Origin: Naegleria gruberi
Lineage: Eukaryota
DNA length: 64,000 nt
Assembly: GCA_000004985.1 (NCBI GenBank)
Contig: GG738853.1
Direction: 5' to 3' (one strand)
Both the position numbers and the translations under genes were made by a program. Below, in pieces: positions 32,114 to 43,536 of this stretch (its first letter is position 1; each line of letters opens with the position of its first letter). The notes below the pieces were generated by a model. It saw nothing but the letters and a program-made list of their open reading frames with translations. It had not been told where the DNA came from and searched no databases.

Positions 32114-34066
32114 TTAATTCTTTGCCACGTATGGAGCCTTATCTTTGAGTGTGTCATTAATATACAATTCAATAACGTCCTTTCCTCTCTCACCCTCAAA
32201 CTGAACATTCTTTAAGAGAGAGGTCTTTTGAGATTTGGAGATTACATAAGAGTTGTCATTTTCCTTTTCAATGTTGGGAGTGACATCTAATAGTCCAGTG
32301 GATGATTTGCTATTTTTCACTTGAAGTTTGAGTGATTTGATAGCTTTTCGTGCCTGGGAATCACATTCGATTTGGATTATTCGCTTAGCATCCACACAAC
32401 CATCCTTATGGAGTTTAAATGAATATTTGTGATCTGTTTGTTGTGGAGTTAGTTTCTTATTAATTACAGTTGGAGTTGGAGTGGTTGTGATAAAGTTCGT
32501 GATCTTAATTGGCTCTGTTTCATTATTGGGCAAGCTCTTTTCCTTAGTGCTTGGAGTTTTTCTTGGTTTGGATTTGGTGTCACTCATTGACATGGCATCC
32601 ACAGTTTTAGGGCAGCTACTGCTGGATAAATAACGTGTTTCTCCATTAATCTCATAGACCTTGCTTTTCTTTGAGTTTGAGATGGACATTCTGGAGAGAC
32701 TTTCTTCTAAATCATCGGTCATAAATAATTTAGATTCGTTAGAAGAAATTTTTGGAAGTGGGGTGTTACTTTCCAACGACGATTTGTCAAGTTTGAATTT
32801 GGTGAAATATCTCTTTCCATTCAACAACTTCAGTTCTTTCAGACATATTTCTTGTATTTCCCTTGTAGAAGGTCTACAATGGGGTTTTTTGTCCATCATT
32901 CTATTCAGAAGATCGGTGAGAGAATCTCTAGGCTTGAACTTGATAAATCCAGGAATTAATTCCCCAAGACACATTGTACTCACTGTTTTTCCAAGAGAAA
33001 AGATGTCAGTCTCATCGCTTGCAACTTCTCCTGATTCCAATAATTCTGGAGGAACATATCCATCGGTACCTGCAGCTCCAGAACTGCAAGAATCCATATT
33101 TCTGGACAATCCAAAATCTGACAAGACCACCTTGATATTCTCATATTCATCAATTTCCTCAATTAGTACATTATCCAATTTAATATCTCTGTGAACAATA
33201 TTGTTGTGGTGTAAATGTTCCAATCCATTTGCTAATTGCCAAATAACTTTCCAAATTTGAGTGAGTGTGAACTCCCTATTCCTCAATGTGCCATGTTTCA
33301 TGAATGGATATACCAACAACACTAAACCTCCTCCAGGATACATAAAAGCTTCTTTCAATTCCAACAGATGAGGATGACAAAACCTTTTCAGGGCCTCCTT
33401 CCAACCACTATTGTTTTTATCGTCAACAATCTTGAGAACCCTATCTTGACTAATTCTATACACAAATCCAAAACCACCTTTTCCAATTTTTCTAAAATTA
33501 CCAACTGGCATTTGAAGAGTTGGAATTCCCATTCTACGTATTACTGTATGAATACACCAAGCATGAAGATAATGAAAATCCTTCAAAGGTACATGAATAA
33601 CACCTTCCATGGCAACTCCATCAAGAATAGTTGGCTCAATATACTTGAACATGTCAGTTGGAAAAATAGGATATTGGCTTCCTTCTTTCAATTCATCAAA
33701 CTTCACAATACATTGGCACGACATGTTATAATATTGATCATGATGATGAAGTGATATCTGTGTCGAGGCATGTGGTGATGCAAATAAATAAACCGGTTGT
33801 GATCCTTGTGTAGGAAGCATTCCATAACCTGAATTTGGTAATACTGGTGATGAAGAAAATCCCGTAGGACTATTCAAACCTAAAGAAAAAGTATTATTAT
33901 TATGCGACAATAAATTATCAACAAAAAATTGATTTAAAGTCATGGGTTGTTGCTGTTGTGGTTGCAATTGTTGCTGGTTATTATTACTAATGAAAAAGGG
34001 AATGCCTTGCTGACGATTTGCCATTTTTTTTTTGGTGTTTGGAAATGCAAATTCCGATCCCGCCAA
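32114..34066 (-). CDS. Ser/Thr protein kinase with Q-rich N-terminus
   Basis: KIGKGGFGFVY (Gly loop), VLKIV (VAIK-like), HRDIKLDNVLIEE (catalytic loop), LSDFGLS (DFG), TDGYVPPELL (APE-like). Poly-Q NNNQQQLQPQQQQP at the N-terminus. Confidence 0.85.
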   Translation of the reverse strand: MAGSEFAFPNTKKKMANRQQGIPFFISNNNQQQLQPQQQQPMTLNQFFVDNLLSHNNNTFSLGLNSPTGFSSSPVLPNSGYGMLPTQGSQPVYLFASPHASTQISLHHHDQYYNMSCQCIVKFDELKEGSQYPIFPTDMFKYIEPTILDGVAMEGVIHVPLKDFHYLHAWCIHTVIRRMGIPTLQMPVGNFRKIGKGGFGFVYRISQDRVLKIVDDKNNSGWKEALKRFCHPHLLELKEAFMYPGGGLVLLVYPFMKHGTLRNREFTLTQIWKVIWQLANGLEHLHHNNIVHRDIKLDNVLIEEIDEYENIKVVLSDFGLSRNMDSCSSGAAGTDGYVPPELLESGEVASDETDIFSLGKTVSTMCLGELIPGFIKFKPRDSLTDLLNRMMDKKPHCRPSTREIQEICLKELKLLNGKRYFTKFKLDKSSLESNTPLPKISSNESKLFMTDDLEESLSRMSISNSKKSKVYEINGETRYLSSSSCPKTVDAMSMSDTKSKPRKTPSTKEKSLPNNETEPIKITNFITTTPTPTVINKKLTPQQTDHKYSFKLHKDGCVDAKRIIQIECDSQARKAIKSLKLQVKNSKSSTGLLDVTPNIEKENDNSYVISKSQKTSLLKNVQFEGERGKDVIELYINDTLKDKAPYVAKN

Positions 34067-34121
34067 AAATTCTAGGAATTCAACCGCCTCTTGTGCATGT
34101 AAGGAAATGGGATATTTATTA

Positions 34122-35775
34122 CTATTCCTTCTTCTTTCTTCTGACGTATTTTTTTATGAATCTTCCCATGTAGTCTAAGTGTTCAATGTAAATGTCACCC
34201 ATTTTGTTGTTTTCAATTGAATTGTTGGTGAGCTTGACGAGAAGATCATCTTGTGAGAAACCACGAGCTGGATAATTGGCAAATAAGATGCCAAATTCTG
34301 AGGCATTGGAAATGGAACAGGAAACTATCTTTTTCACTCTTCCTTCATTTTGAACTCGAATATTGTCAGATATATTTTGATTAAAATTGCAATGACTGAT
34401 GAGAGTTGACAGAGATCGATCACATATACATAATCCACTCAGTCCACATCCTAATATATCAACCTCTTTGAGTTTGTGGAGGGAAGATTCACCACTCACT
34501 CTAATACCATCGAGTTTACAACTAACAATACGAGATCTAGTGACTGTACACTGAGATCTGTCCATTAACCATATTCCCATATCTCTACATTGTGAAATTA
34601 TGGATTCCATCATGATGAGAATACTCTTATTCATCAAAATTATTCCAGATCCATATTCTGAAGAAGATATTGTTACTCCTTTCAAAGTCAACCCACCATT
34701 ATCTAATTCCAAACAACTCACAACAGGTTTTTCCTCCTCTGATGCATACTTGTAGGTATGTGTTCGCACCCTGAATGTAATATTTGAAATGACACCTCCA
34801 TTAGCTTTGTAAACTAAACAACTTTCATTTTCGTCTGCATTCTCAATGACAATATTATTGGTTGAACCCATTATTTTGGTCTTTATCCTCTCCTCCTCAA
34901 TTTTCTTCTTCATCTCAGATCCAACTGCAACTGCATTTGTATTTTTCACACGACGAGATGATGCTGTCTTTCTCAATTCAGATTCACTCATTCTTGTAAC
35001 ATCATTGGCATTGGTCATTGCGTTACTGTCCATAGATGCTGTCTTTCTCAAATCCTTTTGAGCATTGACAGAAACTGCCTCCTCTTCTCCATCATGACCC
35101 TCCTCATTGTACTGTTTTGAAAGAATTTGCTTCATGGCTTCGGTTTTTTGTTTAATTTCCAACTCTGACATGTATCCAACAAGTTGAATTGGTTTTTCAA
35201 TCCACAAATTTTCTCTATAAATTCCAGGATAAATCAAAATCTTTTCTCCTCCTCTTGCAGCATCAATGGCCGTTTGAATGCTTCCAAATATTTGACAATT
35301 TCTGTGTTGTTTTTCCAAAGGTGTTGGATCTTGAGCAGATTTTACTACCAGATGATATCCAGATTGTTCAATCAGTGCAATTAACTAAATATATTTAACA
35401 ACATTATTTTAAATATTATTCAATATTAAATGGAGATGAATTAACACATACCCATTCATTGGCATCTTGTTCCGAATTGGCTGCCAAATAATAAGTTCTC
35501 GTCTTGGTAACAATTTTTAAAGTGTGTCTCATTGAATTTGTCACTTCATTCGGATCACATCTCAAAATTGGACAACCCAAAATATTGATGGCTCCTGTGT
35601 AGTGTTTATCATCAATTGTTTTATAATACAACAGATTGGTTTTCAGTAGGATGAATATACGTGATTTCCAGTTTTTTACTTTTTCTCCGAGTTTGTTGAG
35701 TGAGCCAACTTTTAGTCCTTGTTTGAGAGCAAGTTGTGCTGGGAGACGAAAGTTACTGGCCGAGCGTGATGACAT
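34122..35775 (-). CDS. PH-domain protein with right-handed parallel beta-helix (pectin-lyase-fold/CASH-like) repeats, 2 exons
   Basis: Exon 1 (35775..35442) MSSRSASNFRLP..KVGSLNKLGEKVKNWKSRIFILLKTNLLYYKT..YYLAANSEQDANEW is PH-like. Intron 35385..35441 (GTATGT..ATTTAG, 57 nt), spliced in frame to LIALIEQSGYHLVVKSAQDPTPLEKQHRNCQIFGSIQTAIDAARGGEKILIYPGIY.. and ..NNSIENNKMGDIYIE (pbH1-like). Confidence 0.6.
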
Positions 35776-35899
35776 TTTTTTGATGTGACTTTTGATTTTT
35801 ATTGGTTTGATAGTGTTGCACAAGATGATGAATGTCCACAATTGTTCTTATTAAATCCTACTGCCGTTGTTTGTGTTCTATTGTTATTGAAATGATTTT

Positions 35900-36337
35900 T
35901 CACACGCAATTCGGCTTTGTAACTTTTGCAATCTTGTAAGAAATTAATGGCAACTGTTGTGGCCACCATTGAAACGTCATTGCTGGTGGCCAACAATGAG
36001 GTGATCCATTGTGATAATATCCTCCCCAATTCTGAGCTGGCCACACTGGAACTGTTGCCACACTAGGAATTGGTTCCAAATAAATGATTATTGGTTCCTT
36101 TTCCTCCCTTGAGGTGTCATATTCGTCAAATTCCTCTTCCTCATCTTCTTCTGGATTGTAGCTACTCATAGAATCAATACTGCATAAATCATCATCACAT
36201 GATTCCTCTCCGAAGTGCATCACTTCTTGATTGTCCTCTTCTTCTTCACTGCTTTGATAATCATAAATATCACATGAACTCTTAATAGACATTTTGTTTG
36301 TATATTTGAATTGTCTCGAGACCATCCTTGCCATCAA
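35900..36337 (-). CDS. Hypothetical acidic protein
   Basis: 145-aa ORF with Glu/Asp-rich stretches (SSEEEEDNQE, PEEDEEEEFDEYD). No homology recognised. Could be spurious. Confidence 0.25.
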   Translation of the reverse strand: MMARMVSRQFKYTNKMSIKSSCDIYDYQSSEEEEDNQEVMHFGEESCDDDLCSIDSMSSYNPEEDEEEEFDEYDTSREEKEPIIIYLEPIPSVATVPVWPAQNWGGYYHNGSPHCWPPAMTFQWWPQQLPLISYKIAKVTKPNCV

Positions 36338-36692
36338 TTAATTTAATAGATTTTGAAACATCCATCACCACAAGGAAATTACCAAGTTCCTTCATCGGAT
36401 CACTTAATAAAATTAAGATCCCATTTTTTTGATGTGATGATGATTGGATAGGTGAACCTTACTAGAGAACATCATCATCTGATTAATTCATCATCAGACA
36501 GAACAACCTCAGGAAGAGAATAACATCATCAATAAGTAAACGTGAAGCTAAAAACGTGAATTGTTTTTTTGTAAAAAAAGCAATAAATCACGGTTGTTCT
36601 TGTTTTGGAAAATCACGAATGAGTTTACAATAAAAAGACAAGAACGCAAAAATTCAAACAAATAACAATAAGTAAAAAAAGGAACAACACAA

Positions 36693-37259
36693 ATGATTGT
36701 CAGCAATTGCTCATTTCTAGGCGAACAACAAGATTTCACAACATCGATATATGAATACACAGAAAATGATTTCTTCAATTTGGACAACTTTGAATTTCCT
36801 TCTTTTGCAGCAGTTTCCAATAATGCAAATTCGAATCTTTCTAATAAATCAACTCAAGAAGAGTTAGATCCGCAAGAGCTATTTAATGATGACATTTGGA
36901 ATGAGGAAGCGTTGCAATACGAAACTCAATTTATTATGCAACCTTTCTTTCCTCTTAAATACGAAAATTATTATGGATACAATATCTGTATTAATAATGC
37001 TGAAGAATTGGATTTGATTAATTCCCAAAGATTTTTTCCTAATTTCAGAATTAATTGTTCGAGCAATATTTCAGATAAAACAAGAAGAAAACTAATTAAA
37101 AAAACCGATAGAATGAGAGATGAATTGAGACGAAACAAAGTTATTTCTCTTAAAGATATAGAATCACAAATTGTAAATATTAAATATGGTGCATCCAGCA
37201 AGAAAGAAGAAACCTCTAAATCCAATAAGAGAGGACGTCCAGGAAAATCCAATAAATAA
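36693..37259 (+). CDS. Hypothetical small protein with AT-hook-like C-terminus
   Basis: 188 aa. The C-terminus KSNKRGRPGKSNK resembles the AT-hook core RGRP. The rest is unrecognised. Confidence 0.3.
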   Translation: MIVSNCSFLGEQQDFTTSIYEYTENDFFNLDNFEFPSFAAVSNNANSNLSNKSTQEELDPQELFNDDIWNEEALQYETQFIMQPFFPLKYENYYGYNICINNAEELDLINSQRFFPNFRINCSSNISDKTRRKLIKKTDRMRDELRRNKVISLKDIESQIVNIKYGASSKKEETSKSNKRGRPGKSNK

Positions 37260-38251
37260 TTAACTATTTATTGGTGTTTAACATGACATTGAGATGCTAT
37301 TAGAAGGTATTAAAAAGTTTACCTCATGAAAATTACTTCTTTAAAGTATAGAGTTCTAATGTAAAGCAGGCTAATTATTTCAAGAACAATCAAGTTTACA
37401 AATTGTAGAAAATTGGAATAATTTCAAACTTGGGCCTTTATTTAACTTTTGTAGATGATTGTTCTTCCATTCTATTAAGAAAAATTAGAAAGAAATGGAA
37501 TGGTAAAAAGAAAAAGTACTCTTCCATGCAAAGTAATAAAGATAAAAAGAATCCACAGACAGAGATTGGCTCAAAAGGCCAAAGGATCTTTGAGCTTTAA
37601 AATATAATCAGCCTTTCTACCTTTTAGACATTGTTTTACTTGTTTAACATGAGAACAAAAATAAAACAATGTTTCAAATGTCAATTCAAAAAATAGTTGG
37701 ACAGAGGAGATCTCAGACTTGGCCTTTTACATGTTTTTAAGGTTGTAACCTATTAATTAAGTGAGCGATATCAGTGTCCATGTATGACCCCTTTGCCGAC
37801 TAGAACCAAATCATTCCAATAATTTGCAACATAAACTAATCTCAAATCCTCAGAAATATATAATCTCTACAGATGATTTGTTGAGTTTTTTAATACTGCA
37901 ACTCTTGATGTCTTGCAAATAGATATTCGAAATGACAACAAGAGACAACTAGCTGAATAAATCCATAATTATCTTTGAATAAGTTTTTGGTCTGAATAAA
38001 CCTATATTTGTATATGCTGAATCCGCATCCAAGATTATGACATTACTTGACAATGAGGAGATGATTCCAATAATCACTTTCGTATATCTAAAATACCACT
38101 GGCAACTATCATAAAAAAATCAACCAACCAACACCATCCCCATCCAACTAACTTTCCTCTAAAACACCCTCATTCCATTCACTTTTTCAACCCAATAATA
38201 ATAATTCATCCTCTCTAACATACTCCACTTTTTAACTTTCTGAAAATAACA

Positions 38252-40519
38252 ATGTTTTTATCCCGCTCTCCTTATTCTCCCTCAATTCATCGCTTGCAAA
38301 AAAAAATGTCTTTCGGAATGAACGCTTCACACCGCCGCAAATTGGGAGACGACAATGATGATGATCACACTTATTACGGCAGGGTTGAACAACAACAAAT
38401 AACAACACCACCAAAGAATAAGGCAGTCTCTGGATTTGAGTTCTCAGAGTTTAGACAGCAGAGATTGCAGAGCTTGGCTGGTTTGGATGTTGAATCGTCT
38501 CCATCATCAAATGATGAATTTGCCAATAAGGCAAGAGAGAGAGTATCTTTTAGTATTCCGAGAATGGATTTTTCAATGATGGGAGGTGACTATCAATCTT
38601 CATCATTTGGTTCACCTCCACTTTCATCGGAGAGGACAGATTCTGTCAGATCAAATTTTGGTAAAGTATTTGATGAAGATATGTTGCAATTATTGAATCC
38701 AATTGCTTCTCGGGTTCATTCCTTTGAAAATAGAAGCAGTAGGAGGAGAAGTATTAGTAATAGTTCGAAAAACAGTCCTGAGGTTATTTCAGGCATTGTA
38801 GATTGTCAAAAACTTGTACAGAATGAGACTGGGTTATCATCTTTCCTTTGGAAACAAAGTAAGGAATATTTGTATGTTTTGATACCAATGGGAGGAGATA
38901 AGGGTTTCTATAAACAGGATGAAAATATTGAACTTGATGTTCAAATCAAATCAAAGAGAATTTATGCAGCCTTCAATGAGAAGGGTTCGGATATTCCACA
39001 CGAAAAGCTTGTCGATTCAGAGTTGAGCATTGAGGTTCAAGTTGATGAATCAGGTTGGTGTATTAGAAATTCTCATTTACTGTTAGAGTTGAAAAAAAGA
39101 GATTCATCTGATGATGTTCAATTCCCTTTGCAATCGAGATTAAGAGTTAGAGAACTAGAGGAGGAAGCTGAAAATTCTTGTAAATATGTAGTAATGCCAT
39201 CAGATGCTCCACTCCACAAGGAAATGTATCAGAGTTGGTTCAGTTGTATTGAGGATGATATTGCCAATTATTACTCCAAGTTCGAAGCTATGAAGAAAGA
39301 TATGGGCATTGGAGAGATTTCAGATGAAGACATGGATGATGCTGAAGAATTGCACGATGAAGCCCTGGAACATCCAGACTTGGATGAAGCATTCAAAATT
39401 TATAAGGAAGCTGCTGATTTGGGTCACTCTCAATCAAGATTTGCCTTTGCCAATTTGTGTTTGATAGAGGAAGACAATCCATTCAAAATCAAAAGATCAG
39501 AAGCCATGGCTCTCAAATATCTAGAGATGGCATCTCTTCAAAATGGGTATGGAAAGGCAAGTTTCAAAGCTGCAATGATGTATTCAAAAGGAACTGGAGT
39601 TGAAAAGAGTTACGAAATGGCCAAGATGTATTTCATGGCTGCTACTATCCAAGAAGGTGAGCCAAAAGCAATGTTACAATTGGGAGCACTCTATGAAGAA
39701 ATAGCCAACCAGAAATCAGATGAATCAATCAAGCAAGAAAAGTTACAAAAGGCTATGGCTTGGTATAGGTTGGCCATCAACAGAGGTTTCTCAAATGCTT
39801 GCTACAGTGCCTCTCTTCTCATGCATAAAAAGAAGGATAAGAGTAAGAACTTTGAGTCATCAATGGCTTTTTTCAACTTGGGAAGAGCCTTTTCTTCGAA
39901 ACTTGATGATAATGCCTACTTGACGACAAAGGAAAAGTTAGAACCAATTGAAGATTCTGATGAATTAATTATTCCTCATTGGTCTCCAAGAAAGAGTACT
40001 GTCAAGCCAAGAAGTTCTATAAACTCTGCCAGAAACTCAATAAGTAGTGGTAGAAGAAGGACTATCGACCCTGTAGATACAATTGGTTTCAAACCATTAG
40101 AAAAGTTTAGTCTCCCAAATGAAACTCAGCTCTTGAAGAAACAAATTGAAAAGCTCCAATCTGAAAAGTTTGCACTCGAAGAAACTGTTGAAAGATTAAA
40201 ACTTGAACATGATAGACAAGTGCTCAACATGACCACAGATATTAACAACCTGAAATCAGAGTTGCAAAAGTACAAGTTTGAAGAAAAATCTAGAATTGAA
40301 GAAATGTCAAATGTTACCAAACTGAGAGAAACATTGACACAATTCCAAGAACAAGAATTAAGACTTGCCATTCACCATGCCCTCTTGAGTTTGAAATTAA
40401 GAGCAAACACCAACTTGGAATTGCCACCATTGGTTGAAAAGGCTGTAGATGAAAAGATTCCTATGGACAAGTTAGGTAGTTGGTTTCAAAGTCAGTGCGA
40501 AAATTATGAAGGAGGTTGA
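38252..40519 (+). CDS. Sel1-repeat (SLR/TPR-like) protein with C-terminal coiled coil
   Basis: Multiple Sel1-like 36-aa repeats (AFKIYKEAADLGHSQSRFAFANLCL, AMALKYLEMASLQNGYGKASFKAAMMYSKG, AKMYFMAATIQEGEPKAMLQLGALYEE, AMAWYRLAINRGFSNACYSASLL). Heptad-rich tail LLKKQIEKLQSEKFALEETVERLKLEHD. A-rich ATG context. Confidence 0.7.
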   Translation: MFLSRSPYSPSIHRLQKKMSFGMNASHRRKLGDDNDDDHTYYGRVEQQQITTPPKNKAVSGFEFSEFRQQRLQSLAGLDVESSPSSNDEFANKARERVSFSIPRMDFSMMGGDYQSSSFGSPPLSSERTDSVRSNFGKVFDEDMLQLLNPIASRVHSFENRSSRRRSISNSSKNSPEVISGIVDCQKLVQNETGLSSFLWKQSKEYLYVLIPMGGDKGFYKQDENIELDVQIKSKRIYAAFNEKGSDIPHEKLVDSELSIEVQVDESGWCIRNSHLLLELKKRDSSDDVQFPLQSRLRVRELEEEAENSCKYVVMPSDAPLHKEMYQSWFSCIEDDIANYYSKFEAMKKDMGIGEISDEDMDDAEELHDEALEHPDLDEAFKIYKEAADLGHSQSRFAFANLCLIEEDNPFKIKRSEAMALKYLEMASLQNGYGKASFKAAMMYSKGTGVEKSYEMAKMYFMAATIQEGEPKAMLQLGALYEEIANQKSDESIKQEKLQKAMAWYRLAINRGFSNACYSASLLMHKKKDKSKNFESSMAFFNLGRAFSSKLDDNAYLTTKEKLEPIEDSDELIIPHWSPRKSTVKPRSSINSARNSISSGRRRTIDPVDTIGFKPLEKFSLPNETQLLKKQIEKLQSEKFALEETVERLKLEHDRQVLNMTTDINNLKSELQKYKFEEKSRIEEMSNVTKLRETLTQFQEQELRLAIHHALLSLKLRANTNLELPPLVEKAVDEKIPMDKLGSWFQSQCENYEGG

Positions 40520-40671
40520 TCGTTCTCCTACTATAATATTCACTTCTCTATCTAAATTATCAATATTTACGGGAGCTGTGATGATGAAGGAAGTTGTAAA
40601 TGAAACCAATCGAATATTCTTTGACTCGAAAAAACAATGAAAATTTCTCTAAGTAAACCCAAACAAAAGAT

Positions 40672-43536
40672 TTAATAATTATTAGTTCTCTTCTTTTGTT
40701 GATTGGAATTTGATTGAAAATTTTTCTTTCCACTATTGTTACCATTAGGGGTATTTTGAGGAACTGAGCCATGTCTTGGTTTTGAGAAAGACCCTTCATC
40801 ATAAGAATTTTTAGGCGAATACTCCTTATTGGTATTAGTAGGGATTTGCTTTGGTGGTGAACCAAAGTTGGCCCCTTTTCCATTACTAGATTTTGGTGAG
40901 CCTTGGTAATCAGATGACACACCAGAATTATTCTTCTTTGAATAGTAAGGATTGAATCCAGTGCTAGAGGCACTATCGTCATCCAAATCACTTGGAAAGA
41001 ATGGATTCCAATTATCATCTGAACTTTCTCCTTCGATGTCTGTAGATCTTCCCTTTCTACTATGTTTTCCTCCATTTGGTGAGTTTTTGTATCCCTTGTT
41101 TGATTTTGTGTTATTGTTGCTCGTATTGACATGAATGTTACCATTACCAGTGTTTCCGTTATTGTTGTTATTTTGGTGGTAAGGATTATTCTTATTTGGA
41201 TGTCCTCCAGAAGAATTGTTTCTTACACCTCCATTATTGGAATTCCACGATGATGGAGTACCATTATTATTGTGATATTTAGCATTGGAGAATGAGCGAG
41301 GTCTTTCTCTGGAGAAGGTAATGTTTGGAGGATTTGCATTGTTATTTCCATCCTCCAATGTCATTTCACCCATAGCAAAACTCAAATTATCAACATTATT
41401 ACTATTAGTGTGGTGGTGATGATGATGATGATGATATGGATTCTTTCCTGAGAGTGTGCTGCTTCTACCTCTTGATCCACTTGGAGTTCCAGCAGCTGAT
41501 GGAGTTGTTCCAAGAAGAGAAGAACTGTATGCTCCAGGAGAGGCTCCCAAATTACTTCCACTCGGTGATGCTTGATACATGCCATTATAAAATTGAGGTG
41601 GATAATTGTGAACACCTGGACTAACTCCAAATGTCATGTTGGCATTTGATCCAAAAGATGATCCGTAGGTAAAACTTCCAACACTACTTCCATAACTTCC
41701 TACAGGCATTTGATTGTTGTGAGAATTGCTGATTGGAATACCAGGTTTAAGATATGGACTTGTGCCCAGAGGAATCTGTTGATCAAAAGAGCCAACATAT
41801 GAGGATTGTTTTGGATAAACATTATTATTGGCAACAGGTGATATTCCCAAAAGAGAAGATCCCCCCATATAATTGCCTGCAACAGGAGAAAGTCCAAACG
41901 GTAAGAAGGATTGATTTGGTGTAGAACCATAGTATTGAGGATTTGCATACGGTTGTTGTTGTTGCTGTCCTTGTTGAGGAGCAAATCTCTCAGCATGCAA
42001 TTGTTGAAGATTTTGAATGTGAGCTAAATATTGAGATGTTTGTGGAGGAATGAAAGGTTCAACAAAGTCTTTTCCTGTAACAAATGGATGCAATTTAGCT
42101 TGGTCAGGTGTCCATCGCTTGTAAGGATCCAACTGCAGTAAACCATTAAGAAAATCAATAAAAGATGCTCTAGTTCTCATTTCCTTCTCATCAACCTTGG
42201 AAATATCTCCATAATGTTTCACAAGATCAGGAAGTTTTGTATAGTTGAAATATCTTTTCCATTCCATAGGAGCTTGATTAGGATTTTCTGCCAAAAATTG
42301 TCTTTCAGTCTTCAATTCATACATGCTAGGAGTGCCATCTTGATGAAGTGGTAAATCTGGATCATTAGGATTCATTCTATTGGGAGGAAGTATTTTGAAA
42401 TATTTGGCCGAGTATTTTCCATATTCGATCATGTATGGTGGTGGAATACCAAACATTTCAATCATTCTACCAACTTGATTGTACTGGCTTACACCAGGAA
42501 GTAATGGTAATCCTAGAAATAGTTCAGCACAAATGCATCCAAGAGACCACATGTCAATAGCCTTATTGTATCTTAGTCCGAAAATAACCTCTGGAGCTCT
42601 ATAAAATCTTGATTGAATGTAAAATGGTCCTATTTCATTTTCATGACATGCAGAACCAAAATCTATCAATCTTACTAGATCTTTAGGATGAGAAAGATCT
42701 GTCAGCAGAATATTTTCTGGTTTCAAATCACAATGGATTATATTGGCCTCTGACAAGATGCATAAAGCATCCAGTAATTGTGATAAAAAGACCGATAAAA
42801 CATTCAAAGAAAGGCCTTTGAATCTGTTTTGTTTGATTAACTCGAAAAGATTCATTCCTAATATTTCAATCACAATACATAGATGGTTTTGGTGATTGAA
42901 TTCTCCTAATTTTGTAATGATATGATGAGACCCATTGGAGCCATACTTTGCCAGCTCATCAAGAATAGCAATTTCAATACGTGCTTGTCTCAAATAAGAT
43001 GGTTTGTTCTTTACCACTTTGACAGCAACAATTTGCTTTGATGTCAAGTCCTCACATTTGACAACTTGTCCAAAAGTACCTTGCCCAAGCATTTCCTTAA
43101 CGTAGTAACGTTCTCCAAGTATTGAACCAGCATAAATGATCAAATTGCCATCTGCATTATCAAGTCCGCCATTATGAACCCCTATTGAAGGATCTGTCAA
43201 TGGTTGCTTTCTGTTAAAGTCTTTGTGAAGAGCAAGACCAATGGTCATTAACTTGAGTGCACTTTGAGAAGAGTAGTATTTGGTAAAAGGGTTTTCTTGT
43301 GTTGAATTATTTCCTTGATTGTTGTTGTTGTTTTGATGGGCTTCATTGTTTGCAGTAGAGGTAGTAAGAGAGGCTTGATTGGTTAATGGGATGTTGTTGT
43401 TGGATCTTGAAAAAGTAGTAAAAGCTGATCTGGATGAAGGAAAGGCAAAGGTAGTATTCTTGGAAGGAGAGTTGGACATTAGATCAGTAGTAGAGTTTGT
43501 GTTGGTAGTATTGTTTGAAGGACTCGAGGAAAGCAT
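40672..43536 (-). CDS. DYRK-family dual-specificity protein kinase (YAK1-like), low-complexity tails
   Basis: YYVKEMLGQGTFGQVVKC, AVKVVKN, IIHCDLKPENILL, IDFGSAC, YIQSRFYRAPEVIFGLRY (DYRK activation-loop YxY with the RAPE motif), DMWSLGCI. Flanked by N/Q/S-rich regions and a His9 tract. Confidence 0.85.
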   Translation of the reverse strand: MLSSSPSNNTTNTNSTTDLMSNSPSKNTTFAFPSSRSAFTTFSRSNNNIPLTNQASLTTSTANNEAHQNNNNNQGNNSTQENPFTKYYSSQSALKLMTIGLALHKDFNRKQPLTDPSIGVHNGGLDNADGNLIIYAGSILGERYYVKEMLGQGTFGQVVKCEDLTSKQIVAVKVVKNKPSYLRQARIEIAILDELAKYGSNGSHHIITKLGEFNHQNHLCIVIEILGMNLFELIKQNRFKGLSLNVLSVFLSQLLDALCILSEANIIHCDLKPENILLTDLSHPKDLVRLIDFGSACHENEIGPFYIQSRFYRAPEVIFGLRYNKAIDMWSLGCICAELFLGLPLLPGVSQYNQVGRMIEMFGIPPPYMIEYGKYSAKYFKILPPNRMNPNDPDLPLHQDGTPSMYELKTERQFLAENPNQAPMEWKRYFNYTKLPDLVKHYGDISKVDEKEMRTRASFIDFLNGLLQLDPYKRWTPDQAKLHPFVTGKDFVEPFIPPQTSQYLAHIQNLQQLHAERFAPQQGQQQQQPYANPQYYGSTPNQSFLPFGLSPVAGNYMGGSSLLGISPVANNNVYPKQSSYVGSFDQQIPLGTSPYLKPGIPISNSHNNQMPVGSYGSSVGSFTYGSSFGSNANMTFGVSPGVHNYPPQFYNGMYQASPSGSNLGASPGAYSSSLLGTTPSAAGTPSGSRGRSSTLSGKNPYHHHHHHHHTNSNNVDNLSFAMGEMTLEDGNNNANPPNITFSRERPRSFSNAKYHNNNGTPSSWNSNNGGVRNNSSGGHPNKNNPYHQNNNNNGNTGNGNIHVNTSNNNTKSNKGYKNSPNGGKHSRKGRSTDIEGESSDDNWNPFFPSDLDDDSASSTGFNPYYSKKNNSGVSSDYQGSPKSSNGKGANFGSPPKQIPTNTNKEYSPKNSYDEGSFSKPRHGSVPQNTPNGNNSGKKNFQSNSNQQKKRTNNY

